Source of the DNA: an uncultured Saprospiraceae bacterium
GTDB taxonomy: Bacteria; Bacteroidota; Bacteroidia; Chitinophagales; Saprospiraceae
NCBI GenBank assembly: GCA_964630705.1
Contig: CAZVZH010000002.1
Span: 3,727-67,726 of the forward strand
Length of the DNA stretch: 64,000 bases
Direction of reading: 5' to 3'
Shown: piece by piece, positions 9,601 through 16,665 of the stretch
Position numbering within the stretch: position 1 is the first letter of the stretch
Layout of the letters: every line of letters starts with the position of its first letter
Position numbers and translations under genes: made by a program
Notes under the pieces: generated by a model
What the model saw: only the letters and a program-made list of their open reading frames with translations
Databases searched by the model: none
Told to the model about the DNA's origin: nothing

Positions 9601-11192
9601 AGGGTAGCGCCACTGGAGCCGCACACTTCCTGGTCTTCCAGTTCCACTTCGAGCGGGGGTTTGTCTTCGATGTAAAAGGTGAATTCCGAGGAAGCGCAGG
9701 AGCAGGGATTGTCCAGCATAATGATGATGGTTTCCTGTCCTTCAACAATGAAGTCTGCGAAAACACTAATGGGGATCAGTATTTCAGTTTGCCCGGCGGG
9801 TATGGTAACCGATCCCGGCAAGGGTTCGTAGTCGACGCCCGGCGTAGCGGTGCCGCCGATGGTGTAATTGATCACCAGCGGTTCATTGGTATTGCCGCCG
9901 GCCCGGATAAATTTGACAAAACCGCTGTCGCAGCCTTCGATCACATAGTTTTGCCCGGCTGGGTACACCGGTTGCGCTTTCACCACACCGCCGGCGTTGA
10001 ACGAGTTGGCTTTTAGAAAAACGGCGGAGAAAAGCAGGCCGTCGGCGATATCGGCGATGGCCAGTTTGATGTGGTAGGTGGAGCAAGGCGTCAGGCCGGT
10101 AGCATTGGCGGTGAGCACGGTGGTCCAGCCGTCGAGGGCGCATTCGGGGGCACAGCAGGCGCCTACGTTTTGGCAGGGGTTGAAGGTGTTGTTGTTGACG
10201 TAATAATTGGTGTTGGTGAGGTGGTTGACGTTGTTGATGGTGACCGGATTGCTGCTGTTGGGAATCAGCGCCAGGTTGGTCGGACCACTGAACCCGGGGC
10301 CGGAAATGAAAAACCCGAACACGTCATTGTAGTTGGAGTTGACAAACTCGCAGTATTCCTCTGAGCCGAAAACGTAGTCGAACTGAACTTCCGTAGCGGT
10401 GGGTGTAAAGTCGAATTCAATTTTGATAACATCCCACTGGTTGCCATTGGTTAGCGTAGCCAGGTCCGGGTCGTCGGCGGAGTTGACGTTAAAGCCCGCC
10501 GTATTGGCTGAAGTATTGCTGGCGTTGTTCGGGCCGGGCAAACTGTTGACGTTGCCGGTGCAAAGCACCATGCCGGTGGGAATGCCGATATTCGTACCGC
10601 CGTTGGTAAAGGTGCCGCGCGACTGCGCTGGGCCTTGCGAGGTGACGGCGCCAACATCGAAACAATCGCCCCCAATCAGGGTATTGGTAATCAGGCTGGT
10701 AGCCGACACGCCGCCGGTAACCGACAAGTTGGCCATGCCCAAACCTTCCAGATGTTTAACAAACCGGTCCATAAACTCGGAAGCCTCTGGGCAATCCACA
10801 CAGCCGACGGACAGCGAAATGGGCAGGTTGCCCGATTTTTCCGTGGTGTTTACCAACAGGCGCAGGTCTACGCATTCGCTTTCCGCAACAAACTGCCGGT
10901 GCTGCGGCTTGTCGGGCCGCGACATAGCTTTGGCCTTGGCCTCCAAAGCGTCGTCGGAAAGTTCCATTCGGAACGATACCGGCTGCCCTGGATAAGCGCC
11001 TACCGCCACCACGGAGTAGGTGGTGCCCGGACGGAGCCCGCACAGCTGAATAGTATTGACGCCGGCCGTCACCTCGATCGGTGTGCGTTGGCGTTGTTTG
11101 TCCAGCTGAACGGGGATTGCCGTTTGGGCGTACAGGAAAGAGTTGGAAAGGAACAGGGTTAAATACAGCGCATAAGTAAACTTTTGCCCCAT
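645..11192 (-). CDS. giant T9SS-secreted surface adhesin: choice-of-anchor-L-like region, Calx-beta-like module, SprB-type repeats, about 30 Cys-containing ~80-aa modules, T9SS type-B (gliding-motility CHU_C) C-terminal domain
   Basis: Uninterrupted 3515-aa ORF. Signal peptide LFLSNSFLYAQ. Motifs GIPTGMVLCTGNV and FDYVFGSEEYCEFVNSNYNDVFGFFISG (choice-of-anchor L), YTIGGTATPGVDYEPLPGSVTIPAGQTE (Calx-beta), CFGANNGSIQASASGGNGPFTYAW (SprB repeat). C-terminus IWAPNAISPN..DGKNDVF..YDRWGNQVF..GWNG..VFVWW is typical of the type-B T9SS sorting domain. Confidence 0.9.
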   Translation of the reverse strand: MGQKFTYALYLTLFLSNSFLYAQTAIPVQLDKQRQRTPIEVTAGVNTIQLCGLRPGTTYSVVAVGAYPGQPVSFRMELSDDALEAKAKAMSRPDKPQHRQFVAESECVDLRLLVNTTEKSGNLPISLSVGCVDCPEASEFMDRFVKHLEGLGMANLSVTGGVSATSLITNTLIGGDCFDVGAVTSQGPAQSRGTFTNGGTNIGIPTGMVLCTGNVNSLPGPNNASNTSANTAGFNVNSADDPDLATLTNGNQWDVIKIEFDFTPTATEVQFDYVFGSEEYCEFVNSNYNDVFGFFISGPGFSGPTNLALIPNSSNPVTINNVNHLTNTNYYVNNNTFNPCQNVGACCAPECALDGWTTVLTANATGLTPCSTYHIKLAIADIADGLLFSAVFLKANSFNAGGVVKAQPVYPAGQNYVIEGCDSGFVKFIRAGGNTNEPLVINYTIGGTATPGVDYEPLPGSVTIPAGQTEILIPISVFADFIVEGQETIIIMLDNPCSCASSEFTFYIEDKPPLEVELEDQEVCGSSGATLSPDITSPGLPPYTYLWSNNATTPSITVNTPGTHTYTVTVSDDCGTTATASATVTIEPAPTATLSGSGFFCAGSNTPVNLTITMTGIGPWEVEFNNNGTNETYTYTSSPAIITVTEPGTYSLTSVSTQNGCTGTVSGTVTINEITVDLSLNATDPLCFGANNGSIQASASGGNGPFTYAWAPSGTGPNQSNLPPGTYTVTATNGQGCTATESVTLDEPPQLTASVTSSTNIDCNNPTGSADLEVSGGTPGYNFNWSNNFNGEDPTFTTGGTYTVTVTDNNNCSTTATVSITANTTLPTAVASAPPPITCTNTEITINGTGSSQGSQFTYEWDGPGITCCGNTLEPQVNAGGTYTLTVTNNDNGCTATVAVTVTENNTPPNANINTPQNIGCNLPVVTLNGIGTSTGPGISYTWSTNGGNFVCCTNTLQPQVNQAGEYSILVTNANNGCTAEATVTVSGNTDLPTATVAPPIVVDCNNPEIELDGSGSSQGGNFTYNWTANPGNFTGGQNTTNPTVNQGGTYTLVVTNTDNNCTASSSVTVTANLTPPVAVAVANGTITCQNPTLTINGNGSSTGPNFSYEWTTVNGNFVSGETTLNPVVNQGGSYTLVVTNNDNGCTASVTVNVNDNQDQPDANAGPPLELNCTQPTLQLQGSGSTGPNFNVQWTANPGNIVSGANSYTPTVNQPGLYTLVVTNTTNGCTSADFVEVTANFDVPTASIAPPAEINCYNPEIDLDASGSSQGGNITYNWTANPGNFTGGQNTSNPTVNQAGTYTLVVTNTDSGCTATSSVSVSSNLTPPVAVATAPGLLTCANPMLTLNGNGSSAGPDFTYEWTTTNGEIISGETTLNPVVGQAGTYVLQVTNQANGCTSTASVNVSSNQNYPNANAGPPLLLNCLNPTQQLQGSGTSGSGITIQWTANPGNIVNGANTYTPTVNQPGVYYLVVTNTNNGCTTEDFVEVNANFDQPVALIAPPEQVNCYSPQIDLDAGASTQGTNINFTWTTTNGNFVSGQNSPYPTVNQAGTYNLLVTDTQSGCTATASVIVIASLNPPQANAGPGATLNCNQAQLTLNGSGSQGNNFVYEWYTSNGNIVSGENTLNPVVDQAGNYSLTVTNLNNGCTASSSVTILADQNAPLAFAGSDDELTCASPSLQISGSGSSTGNGISYQWVANPGNIVSGANTLNPVVNAYGFYTLIVTNTANGCTDEDEVFIDDNIIYPTADIAPAQQLNCTFSTVQLDAGGSSQGNNFDYNWTTPNGNIISGNGTPYPEVDKVGTYHLVVVNTDNACTATASVTVTQDLTPPVATAIPSASITCQNPQTTLNGQGSSAGYPFFYEWTTTNGNIVSGHLTLTPTVNQVGAYVLTVYNVENGCTAQTTVQVTSAQTFPTADAGPAQTLTCTAQQLSLNGNGSSQGSQYNYVWTTQNGNIVSGANTLTPVVNAPGNYELSVINTQTGCTAAASVTVNQNTALPTATVALGGVLSCTVTTLTLDGTGSSAGPGFSYNWTTLAGNIVSGQTTLNPVVSATGNYTLIVTNSTNGCTATASTTVTADASVPTANAGPPSTLNCLVTSLSLNGTNSSQGSEFIYAWTGPGIVSGGATLTPIVNQPGAYNLLITNTTNGCTAASSVLIPADVATPTAVAGPTAVLNCINTQLSLNGNGSSTGAPFTYQWTSSPGGNIVSGATTLIPVVDQPGAYSLLVTNTTNGCTATSQVNISQNTALPNANAGPPGLITCTATTVALSGSGSTGPAFVYLWTTANGSIASGANTLSPVVDAPGNYTLLVTDTINGCTATASVSVNKDANVPTAIAVAPGLLTCTVTQIQLNGTGSTSGAGIQYNWTTTGGNIVSGANTLTPTVNAPGQYTLTVFNSSNNCEALFSVNVAQNLTPPVANAGSPAVLSCSNPVLTLNGSGSSQGSSYSYQWSTVNGNILSGATSLNPQIDRSGNYLLVVTNTQTGCTASSSVQILLDQNTPQAEAGPGMALTCVASQITLNGAGTSVGPNFTYQWTASNGGNIVSGNTTLSPVVNAAGTYSLLVTNPSNGCTSTDATTVVVDVVPPIAQIGTPAVLNCLVSQTTLSTAGSSAGAQFTYKWTTVGGNILSGGSSPAPVVNKPGVYNLVITNTANGCTTTASTTVAQNIAPPTANAGPTAELNCINTTLTLNGSASNVGSNVQYGWTTANGNVLSGANSLNPVVNAPGVYVLTVTNLDNFCTATNQVAISQNVNLPTAATAAAPLLTCSSPVVVLNGNGSSAGAQFSYQWVAQNGGNITAGATTLLPSVNAPGLYILTVTNNNNKCTSTSSVTVNQNIQAPTAAAGNSTTLTCTTPSLQLNGAGSSTGPVFSYEWSTANGQILSGDTTLQPTIGAPGLYTLVVTNLSNGCTTTASVQILQDANAPVAAASTPGELTCNVPQLTLSGAGSSVGANFSYQWSTPDGAIQSGAAGLSPVVSQPGSYTLKVTNSANGCSETQTVTVSQNITPPTAEAGTAGTLTCAITQLSLNGLGTGGALGIGYAWSTVNGNILSGANTASPMVNTGGTYTLVVHDLYNGCTNTDQVLVPTDTQAPAIGIAHPGLLSCVVSQVPVNATASAQGPQYSYSWNGPGIVSGANSLQPVVNLPGSYQLSIVNNQNGCTSSATTTVTQNIQPPTAEAGTGFELTCSVEAGLLNANGSSNGPQFIYLWSTTDGNILSSPNAVAPQVDAPGTYTLLVTNTQTGCTATDAVLVTENTNYPTDLNLFTDPPGCGGKKGTIRFVEVLGGDSPYLYSIDGGNTFLTVNDFQNLNPGQYQLVIQDANGCEYSENLTFPVPVEPAVGLNPDISLAYGESATLTATLNIPIYQVDTIIWSPLEFLTPTNKPNVVVARPFTTTQFEVRVINLEGCEDRATVIVRVDDPHIWAPNAISPNREDGKNDVFLIFAAPNTVNKINSLQIYDRWGNQVFRKENIQPNDEKYGWNGRFRGQPMNPAVFVWWAEVELASGQKIVMKGDVTIVD
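1425..8720 (-). repeat. intragenic array of ~240-bp (80-aa) coding repeats with a nested ~750-bp three-module super-repeat (approx. 5640-8210)
   Basis: Recurring pattern L(T/N)C..L.G.GSS.G...Y.W....GNIVSG..T..P.V...G.Y.L.VTN...GCT about 30 times. Near-identical strings (NPEI.LD.SGSSQGGN.TYNWTANPGNFTGGQNT.NPTVNQ) recur every ~250 aa. Boundaries are approximate. Confidence 0.75.
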
Positions 11193-11377
11193 AAGTAGTT
11201 CAGTGCAGTAAGGTAAAAAAATGGGTGCGGCCGGATTAAAATTTGAAACACACTGAAAGGCAGATTAAAAATACGGAATTGGGACTTCCTGGAAAAGGAA
11301 TTATTGCGCGAATGTAATAAGCCTACGCTTTTTTGGGGCTACAGGTTGCGCGGCATTTGGAAAGATGTCGGTAATTT

Positions 11378-12904
11378 TCATTTTTGGAGCGGCCTGCGTT
11401 GTTCGAAATCAAGCACTATGAATTCAGCAGGCCGTACCAGGGCAACTTTTACGGATACGCGCAGCACGCCGTCTTGAACATCAGTGGGCGTCATGGTTTT
11501 ACCCAGACCTGCCTCTACGTGAAAGGCATCGTCCGGACTGGCGCCTGCAAGGGCGCCGGATTGCCAAATATTGGTCAGCAGGGCGGCGATTTGCACTTCG
11601 ATATTCGCCCAGGTGCTGGCGTTATTGGGAGCGGTGGCGTAAGGGTCGATGGCGTTTTTGATGGATTGCTCGATAAAGTTCACGGTTCGGCGTACCTGAA
11701 TGTAGCGCCAATCCTGGCTGTTGCCGTCGAGGGTATGCGCCCCCCAGACCAAGGCGCCTTTTCCCGGAAAGGCGCGGATGGCATTAACAGATTTTCCGGA
11801 AAGGGGCAAGTGGAGGTCTTGTTGGTCTTCGTTGCTCAACTCAACAGCGGGCCGTAGCACGGAAGCCATACTAATGTTCGCGGGCGGATGAAATATGCCT
11901 GCTGTACGGTCTACCAAAGCATACAAACCGGCTATGCCGGCACTGGGCGGCAGGAGATTGATCTGTTCCAGTAAGGATGCCATGATGGTTTTATACAGTG
12001 GGCTTAGCGCCAACAAGTTTTGATGAACGGCGTTTGCATCATCTACACTGGTGGTGTTGATTTTGTTGATTTCTGCTTGCACCAATTCCGTCTGGGTTTT
12101 ATTGATGGCGCCCAGCTTAAAACGCGCGTCGGCCTCTTTGACTATGGCCGCCAGTATGTCGGCGCGCGCGTTTTCTTCAACGGATCGAAAATCCAAAACA
12201 TCCGGGCTGGTAATAGTTGTATAGACCCATGGATAATAGGCCGCGCCCCATTGGAGATAGTCGTCAATAGATTCGCGAAACAGTGTAATGACGTCTGCCT
12301 GATGATCCGGACCTCTAGGCTTGAAGCCGTCATGCACATCCAGAATGGCGAAACGATTGCGCTGGTTAAAACCGCAATGTGCCAACATGCTTTTTTGAAT
12401 GGCTGCACAGTCTTCGGCCGGAAGCAGTACGGCATCGGGAATGACCACAATGGTAGGCTCTGTTTCCTTCTCCAGGGTACGAATGCCTTTGAGCACAATG
12501 TTTTTATCGTCGTCGAGTGCCTCGCCGTCCATGTCTTCTTTATTTACCGGAGTATGGTAATTCCCAATCGAAACAATCCAGCAATCGCCGCCGCCGTTGG
12601 CAAAGAAAAATTGAATGGCATAATACAACAGGTAACGGCCCGTAGGTTCAACCAATTCATAGGCCGATGCGCTGTTCGATTTTTTAACCTTGAAAACCGG
12701 TTTTGGCGCTCCGCCAAAGTACGACACATACTCCCCGAACGACGCGATGCGCGTCGGCACATGTTTTAGGTCGCTCTCATTTTTGAGTGCGTACTCCGTG
12801 TACCCAATGAAAGCAGGTACCGCGGACGGAACAGGGGCTGCCGAATTGGGGAATGCGCTGGCGCCGGGAATTTGTATACCTGGTGTTGCTATAATTTTTG
12901 CCAT
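11378..12904 (-). CDS. phage/contractile-injection-system tail sheath family protein (orphan)
   Basis: N-terminus MAKIIATPGIQIPG...VPAFIGYTE. Internal motifs AAYYPWV, LPPSAGIAGLYALVDRTAGIFHPPAN, NAIRAFPGKGALVWGAHTL, DWRYIQVRRTVNFIEQSI and WQSGALAG..PDDAFHV match the conserved sheath core and C-terminal domain. Start moved to the internal ATG at 12904; the ORF track starts at 12925. Confidence 0.85.
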   Translation of the reverse strand: MAKIIATPGIQIPGASAFPNSAAPVPSAVPAFIGYTEYALKNESDLKHVPTRIASFGEYVSYFGGAPKPVFKVKKSNSASAYELVEPTGRYLLYYAIQFFFANGGGDCWIVSIGNYHTPVNKEDMDGEALDDDKNIVLKGIRTLEKETEPTIVVIPDAVLLPAEDCAAIQKSMLAHCGFNQRNRFAILDVHDGFKPRGPDHQADVITLFRESIDDYLQWGAAYYPWVYTTITSPDVLDFRSVEENARADILAAIVKEADARFKLGAINKTQTELVQAEINKINTTSVDDANAVHQNLLALSPLYKTIMASLLEQINLLPPSAGIAGLYALVDRTAGIFHPPANISMASVLRPAVELSNEDQQDLHLPLSGKSVNAIRAFPGKGALVWGAHTLDGNSQDWRYIQVRRTVNFIEQSIKNAIDPYATAPNNASTWANIEVQIAALLTNIWQSGALAGASPDDAFHVEAGLGKTMTPTDVQDGVLRVSVKVALVRPAEFIVLDFEQRRPLQK

Positions 12905-13092
12905 TTTGACATTCTCTGAGTGCAATTTTGTTCGGTAGTGTAGCGGGTGGCCGTTGATTTTAGGCTTGGGCAGATATATACGCGACTATAAAGGTTAAAT
13001 ATTCATACTTCAGGTCGGCGAGTCAGCCTTCTTCTGTTGAACCATCCCCATCGCTTTCGCAAACCACATTTCGTCGGGTATACATTTACGGT

Positions 13093-15498
13093 TCACACCC
13101 AGCTCGCCACACTGCCTGTTTCCCGCAGCTGCACCTCCAAAATATTGGGAAAATAGTCCTTCTGGCTGTCGATATGCGTGACGATATAAATCTGCCGGAA
13201 TTGCTCCTGCAGGAAATACAGGGCCAGCATCATCTCGTGGCGGCGCTCCTCATCCTGGCTGCCGAAAATTTCATCGAAGGCCAGAAACTCGACGCGCTGG
13301 CCGTTGCCGCTGAGGTCCATGATCGCTTTGGTGATGGCGATGCGCAGGCAGAAATTGGCCAGGTCGATCTCGCCGCCCGAGAAGCGTTCGATCGGGTAGA
13401 GGATGCCGCCGTCGGCGATGGCAAAGTCGAAATTTTCGTCCACTTCGATGCGCTCGTATTTCCCTTTGGTGATGCGGCTGAACAGTTCGCTGGCTTCTCG
13501 GGAAATGCTGGGGCTGATCTTTTCGAGAATCTCCGTTTTGAACTGCACCAGCAACTCGCCGAGTTGGCGCAGCACCTCGGCCTCGCCCAGCTTGGCGCTG
13601 ATTTGCCCGCGGATACTTTCGTTGGCCTGGAGCCGGGCCTGGATTTTTTCCATTTGGGTAACTAGCTCGTAGCCGGATTTCTCGAGCGCGCGCACCAGCT
13701 GCGACTGGCTGGAAAAACCTTCGCCAAATTGCGTGAGGGTATTTTTGGCAGCTTCGTATCGCCCGGCGTCGTAGCCGGTTTTTCCGGTTTCCGCTTGTGT
13801 TTGCTGCAGGATTTGGGTAGTTTCTTCGATCTGCGCTTCATGTTCCAGCAGATATTTTTTGGTGGCCGGCACCTCCCGCTCCAGGTAGCTGCGCTCGTTG
13901 GAAAATTGCAGGTACCGCGGCTCGGCAGCGGCTACTTTCGATTTCAGGGCCAGGTAGTCGGCTTCGTCGAATTGTACCGCACCGATTTCGGCCAGGATCG
14001 CCTGGATGCGGGCAGCCTGCGCTTCGAGTCGCCCGAAGGCTTCCTGCTCGCGGTGCTGTTGCTTGGCAATTTCTTCGAGCCGGGTTTGTTCTTCGCGCAG
14101 TTGTTGCTGACTTGTCTGGGCGGCGGCGAGTTGCTGCCGGAGTTGCAGACCTTCCAGCCGCACTGTTTCCTGTTCGGCCTGGAGCGCCTGGAGTTCCTGG
14201 ACTTGCAAGGTTTCGATCTCGAGGTTGAGTTGTTGCAACACATGGTCGTAGGCCTCCTGGACGGGTTGGTAGCAGGTCGGGCAGTTGCCGTCTTTGCCGA
14301 TAGCTTCGAGCTCGCCAATTTTTTTCCGGCGCTCATCGATGCGCACGCCCAGCGCCTCGGCCTGGCTTTTGATGCGGCTGTGGACCTGGAGCTTTTGCTC
14401 AATCTGTTGCTCTATCTGCTGAAGTTGTTGTTGTTTTTCAGCAAGTTCCCGGTCCAGCGCGGCTTTTTTTTGAAGCCGGGCGCCGAGCTCGCTCAGGCGC
14501 TCGCGGCTTTGTTGCAGGTTGGGTTCCAGTTCCTGAAGTTGGAGCAAGTTAGCCTTGCGGTTAAGGTGCTTTTGCCGCAGATTTTCGAGTTCGAGCAGTT
14601 GTTTTTTCTCGTGTTCGAATTCGGTGAATTCCGACAACTGAGCGGCAATTTTTTGCTCCAGTTGCTGCAAGCTGCGCCGTTTGTCTTGCAGGGCGGCAAG
14701 TTGCATGCGCAGCCCGGCCAAGCGTTCTTGTAGCCGGCCGATTTCCTGCTGGAGCGCGAGGTGCCGGCCTTGTTTTTTTTCCTCGGTTTCAAAATTGTTG
14801 CGGGCGGCGCTGTAGTCGCGCTCCACCTGTTGCAGCACTTTTTGCTCCTTTTTCAGCGCTTGCTGCCCCTTGCGCAGTTCACGCTGTTGCGCGGCGAGGT
14901 CTTTTTCCAGCTCGCGCGCAACGGCCGGGTCGAGCAGGTTTTGGCGTTGGCCGGCAATTTGGCTATTGAGGTCGCGGGCATCGATGTTGATCCGCGACTG
15001 TAGGGCGTCGAGGGTGTCGAGGCCGATCATTTTGCGGACCATGCGCTTGCGGGCCTCGCCGCTGGTATCGGACAGTTCGGACAGTTCTTTTTGGCCGGAA
15101 AAAACCGAGCGTTTGAAGGCGTCGCGCTCCATGTTGAGCACCCGCACCACTTCGTCATTCACTGGGGCTACGCCTTTGGCAATCAGTTCGTCGTTTTTGA
15201 ACAACTCGGCCTGCACAGTCATGGTTTTGCCCCGGAATTCGCGCCGCACGCGGTACAGGGCGGGGCCTACGGCAAATTCCAGCTGGAGTACTACCGCGGC
15301 TTTTTCCTCCGAAAAAGTGCTGCGAATCAGGTTTTTATTGCTCTCGTCTTTGCCGTACAAACAGTACAAAATAGCCTCGAACAAGGTCGATTTGCCCGCT
15401 CCGTTGCGCCCGATAATCCCTACCAGCCCCTCGCGGAACTCCAGGTCGAGGCTTTGGTACTGTTTGTAATGTTCCAGGTGTAGCTGGCGGAGGGTCAT
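13093..15498 (-). CDS. sbcC: SbcC/Rad50-family SMC-like ATPase (DNA double-strand break repair exonuclease subunit)
   Basis: Walker A GRNGAGKST. Long Q/E/L-rich coiled coil with a central CxxC zinc hook (GNCPTCYQP). ABC signature FSGGE, Walker B FLAFDEIFGSQD. Starts 3 nt downstream of the sbcD-like stop. Confidence 0.85.
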   Translation of the reverse strand: MTLRQLHLEHYKQYQSLDLEFREGLVGIIGRNGAGKSTLFEAILYCLYGKDESNKNLIRSTFSEEKAAVVLQLEFAVGPALYRVRREFRGKTMTVQAELFKNDELIAKGVAPVNDEVVRVLNMERDAFKRSVFSGQKELSELSDTSGEARKRMVRKMIGLDTLDALQSRINIDARDLNSQIAGQRQNLLDPAVARELEKDLAAQQRELRKGQQALKKEQKVLQQVERDYSAARNNFETEEKKQGRHLALQQEIGRLQERLAGLRMQLAALQDKRRSLQQLEQKIAAQLSEFTEFEHEKKQLLELENLRQKHLNRKANLLQLQELEPNLQQSRERLSELGARLQKKAALDRELAEKQQQLQQIEQQIEQKLQVHSRIKSQAEALGVRIDERRKKIGELEAIGKDGNCPTCYQPVQEAYDHVLQQLNLEIETLQVQELQALQAEQETVRLEGLQLRQQLAAAQTSQQQLREEQTRLEEIAKQQHREQEAFGRLEAQAARIQAILAEIGAVQFDEADYLALKSKVAAAEPRYLQFSNERSYLEREVPATKKYLLEHEAQIEETTQILQQTQAETGKTGYDAGRYEAAKNTLTQFGEGFSSQSQLVRALEKSGYELVTQMEKIQARLQANESIRGQISAKLGEAEVLRQLGELLVQFKTEILEKISPSISREASELFSRITKGKYERIEVDENFDFAIADGGILYPIERFSGGEIDLANFCLRIAITKAIMDLSGNGQRVEFLAFDEIFGSQDEERRHEMMLALYFLQEQFRQIYIVTHIDSQKDYFPNILEVQLRETGSVASWV

Positions 15499-15501
15499 GG
15501 T

Positions 15502-16629
15502 TTACGGTGTGCTGTGAAAATAGTAGGCGGCTTTTTCCGCGATTTGGGCGGCGAGTTGGGGATTGTCGGGAAACTTCTCGCGGATGTAGTCGTTGAAAAT
15601 CTGGTCGAGCCGGTCAAACTGGTCGGCTTCGAGCTGGCGCACGAAATTCCGGTCGGAAAAGCTGCGGCGGCGCGGCAGGATTTGAAGGGCTTCCGGGAAA
15701 AGCTCCTTCAAAAATGCGTTGGAGAGTTCGAGCGACTGTTCCACTTTTATATCGTTGAAAATCAGGGAAATGATCGCTCCTGAAGTGGTTTGCTGCCCGG
15801 CGAATTGCTCGAGCGCCCCCCGAAGTTCAGCCACTGGTTTTTGCCGGCAATTTTGAATTTCAAGTTTCAACCAGGGCCGGGTGGGCACCGCTTCAAAGCG
15901 CGTGGCGCATTGGCCTTTTTTATCTATTTCCAGCACCATGAACCCTTTTTCCGAGCCGATTTCAGTTTCGCTCAGTCGTTCGATGGAGCCGCAATACCAG
16001 GCATTGGCATGGAGGTCTATTTTTTGAAAATTGTGCCAGTGGCCCAGGGCGATGTATTGGAAGCCGGCGAGTTTTTCGATAAAATTTTCCGGGAACATTT
16101 GCTCGCCGTATTCCTCCATCAAAAAACGTTTGCCCAGGGAGGTGTGCAGCATCAGGAGGTTGAATTTGCCCGCCCGGGGCTGCATTTTTTCCAATTGCTC
16201 CTGCAAAATCCGGGTGTCGTTGATGTGCGGCAGGCCGTGGATGACCAGACCGTCCAGTTCGGCCGTTTCCCAGGCTTCGCCGAAAAAGGGGCGCACGCAG
16301 TCGAGGCTGCGAAAAGCGCGCAGGATCGGGCTGGTAAAAACGGTTTTGGGCGTTTCGTGGTTGCCGGCGATGACGTACACCGGAATGCGGGCGTCGCACA
16401 AGCGGCGGAGTTGCTCCAGTGCGACGGTGAGCGCCCGGTTGGAGGGGCTGGGTCGGTGGAAAAAATCGCCGGAGTGGACCACAGCGTCGGGTTTCAACTC
16501 GAGGATGCGTTGAATGGTGTGCGCGAAGGCGTCATATACATCCTGTTCCCGGGCGTTGATGCCCTGGGGCGTTACCTGGTCGAAAGCCTGAAAACCCAGG
16601 TGGGTGTCGGAAAAATGGACGATGCGCAT
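15502..16629 (-). CDS. sbcD: SbcD/Mre11-family metallophosphoesterase nuclease
   Basis: MRIVHFSDTHLG, HSGDFFH, IAGNHE and GHWH calcineurin-like phosphoesterase motifs. Directly upstream of sbcC. Confidence 0.85.
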   Translation of the reverse strand: MRIVHFSDTHLGFQAFDQVTPQGINAREQDVYDAFAHTIQRILELKPDAVVHSGDFFHRPSPSNRALTVALEQLRRLCDARIPVYVIAGNHETPKTVFTSPILRAFRSLDCVRPFFGEAWETAELDGLVIHGLPHINDTRILQEQLEKMQPRAGKFNLLMLHTSLGKRFLMEEYGEQMFPENFIEKLAGFQYIALGHWHNFQKIDLHANAWYCGSIERLSETEIGSEKGFMVLEIDKKGQCATRFEAVPTRPWLKLEIQNCRQKPVAELRGALEQFAGQQTTSGAIISLIFNDIKVEQSLELSNAFLKELFPEALQILPRRRSFSDRNFVRQLEADQFDRLDQIFNDYIREKFPDNPQLAAQIAEKAAYYFHSTP

Positions 16630-16665
16630 GGCGGTGCTGTTTGGGCAAAAGTCAAAAAACTAGCG

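Noticed and set aside
1257-10995. Dozens of 60-320-aa ORFs on both strands inside the giant adhesin gene (e.g. 7326-8285 +, 5778-6488 +, 6510-7184 +, 3115-3912 -).
   Set aside because: All lie within or antisense to one uninterrupted 3515-aa frame with clear domain content. Their products are low-complexity R/G/A/V-rich strings that repeat with the same period as the sense repeats. They are typical shadow ORFs of GC-rich repetitive coding DNA.
13093-16629. The SbcC/SbcD pair as a Lamassu-, Wadjet- or Gabija-like defence module.
   Set aside because: No accessory genes of those systems (LmuA/LmuC, JetA/B/D, GajB) are adjacent, and the proteins carry the standard Rad50/Mre11 features. The idea is kept only as a low-interest question, not as a call.
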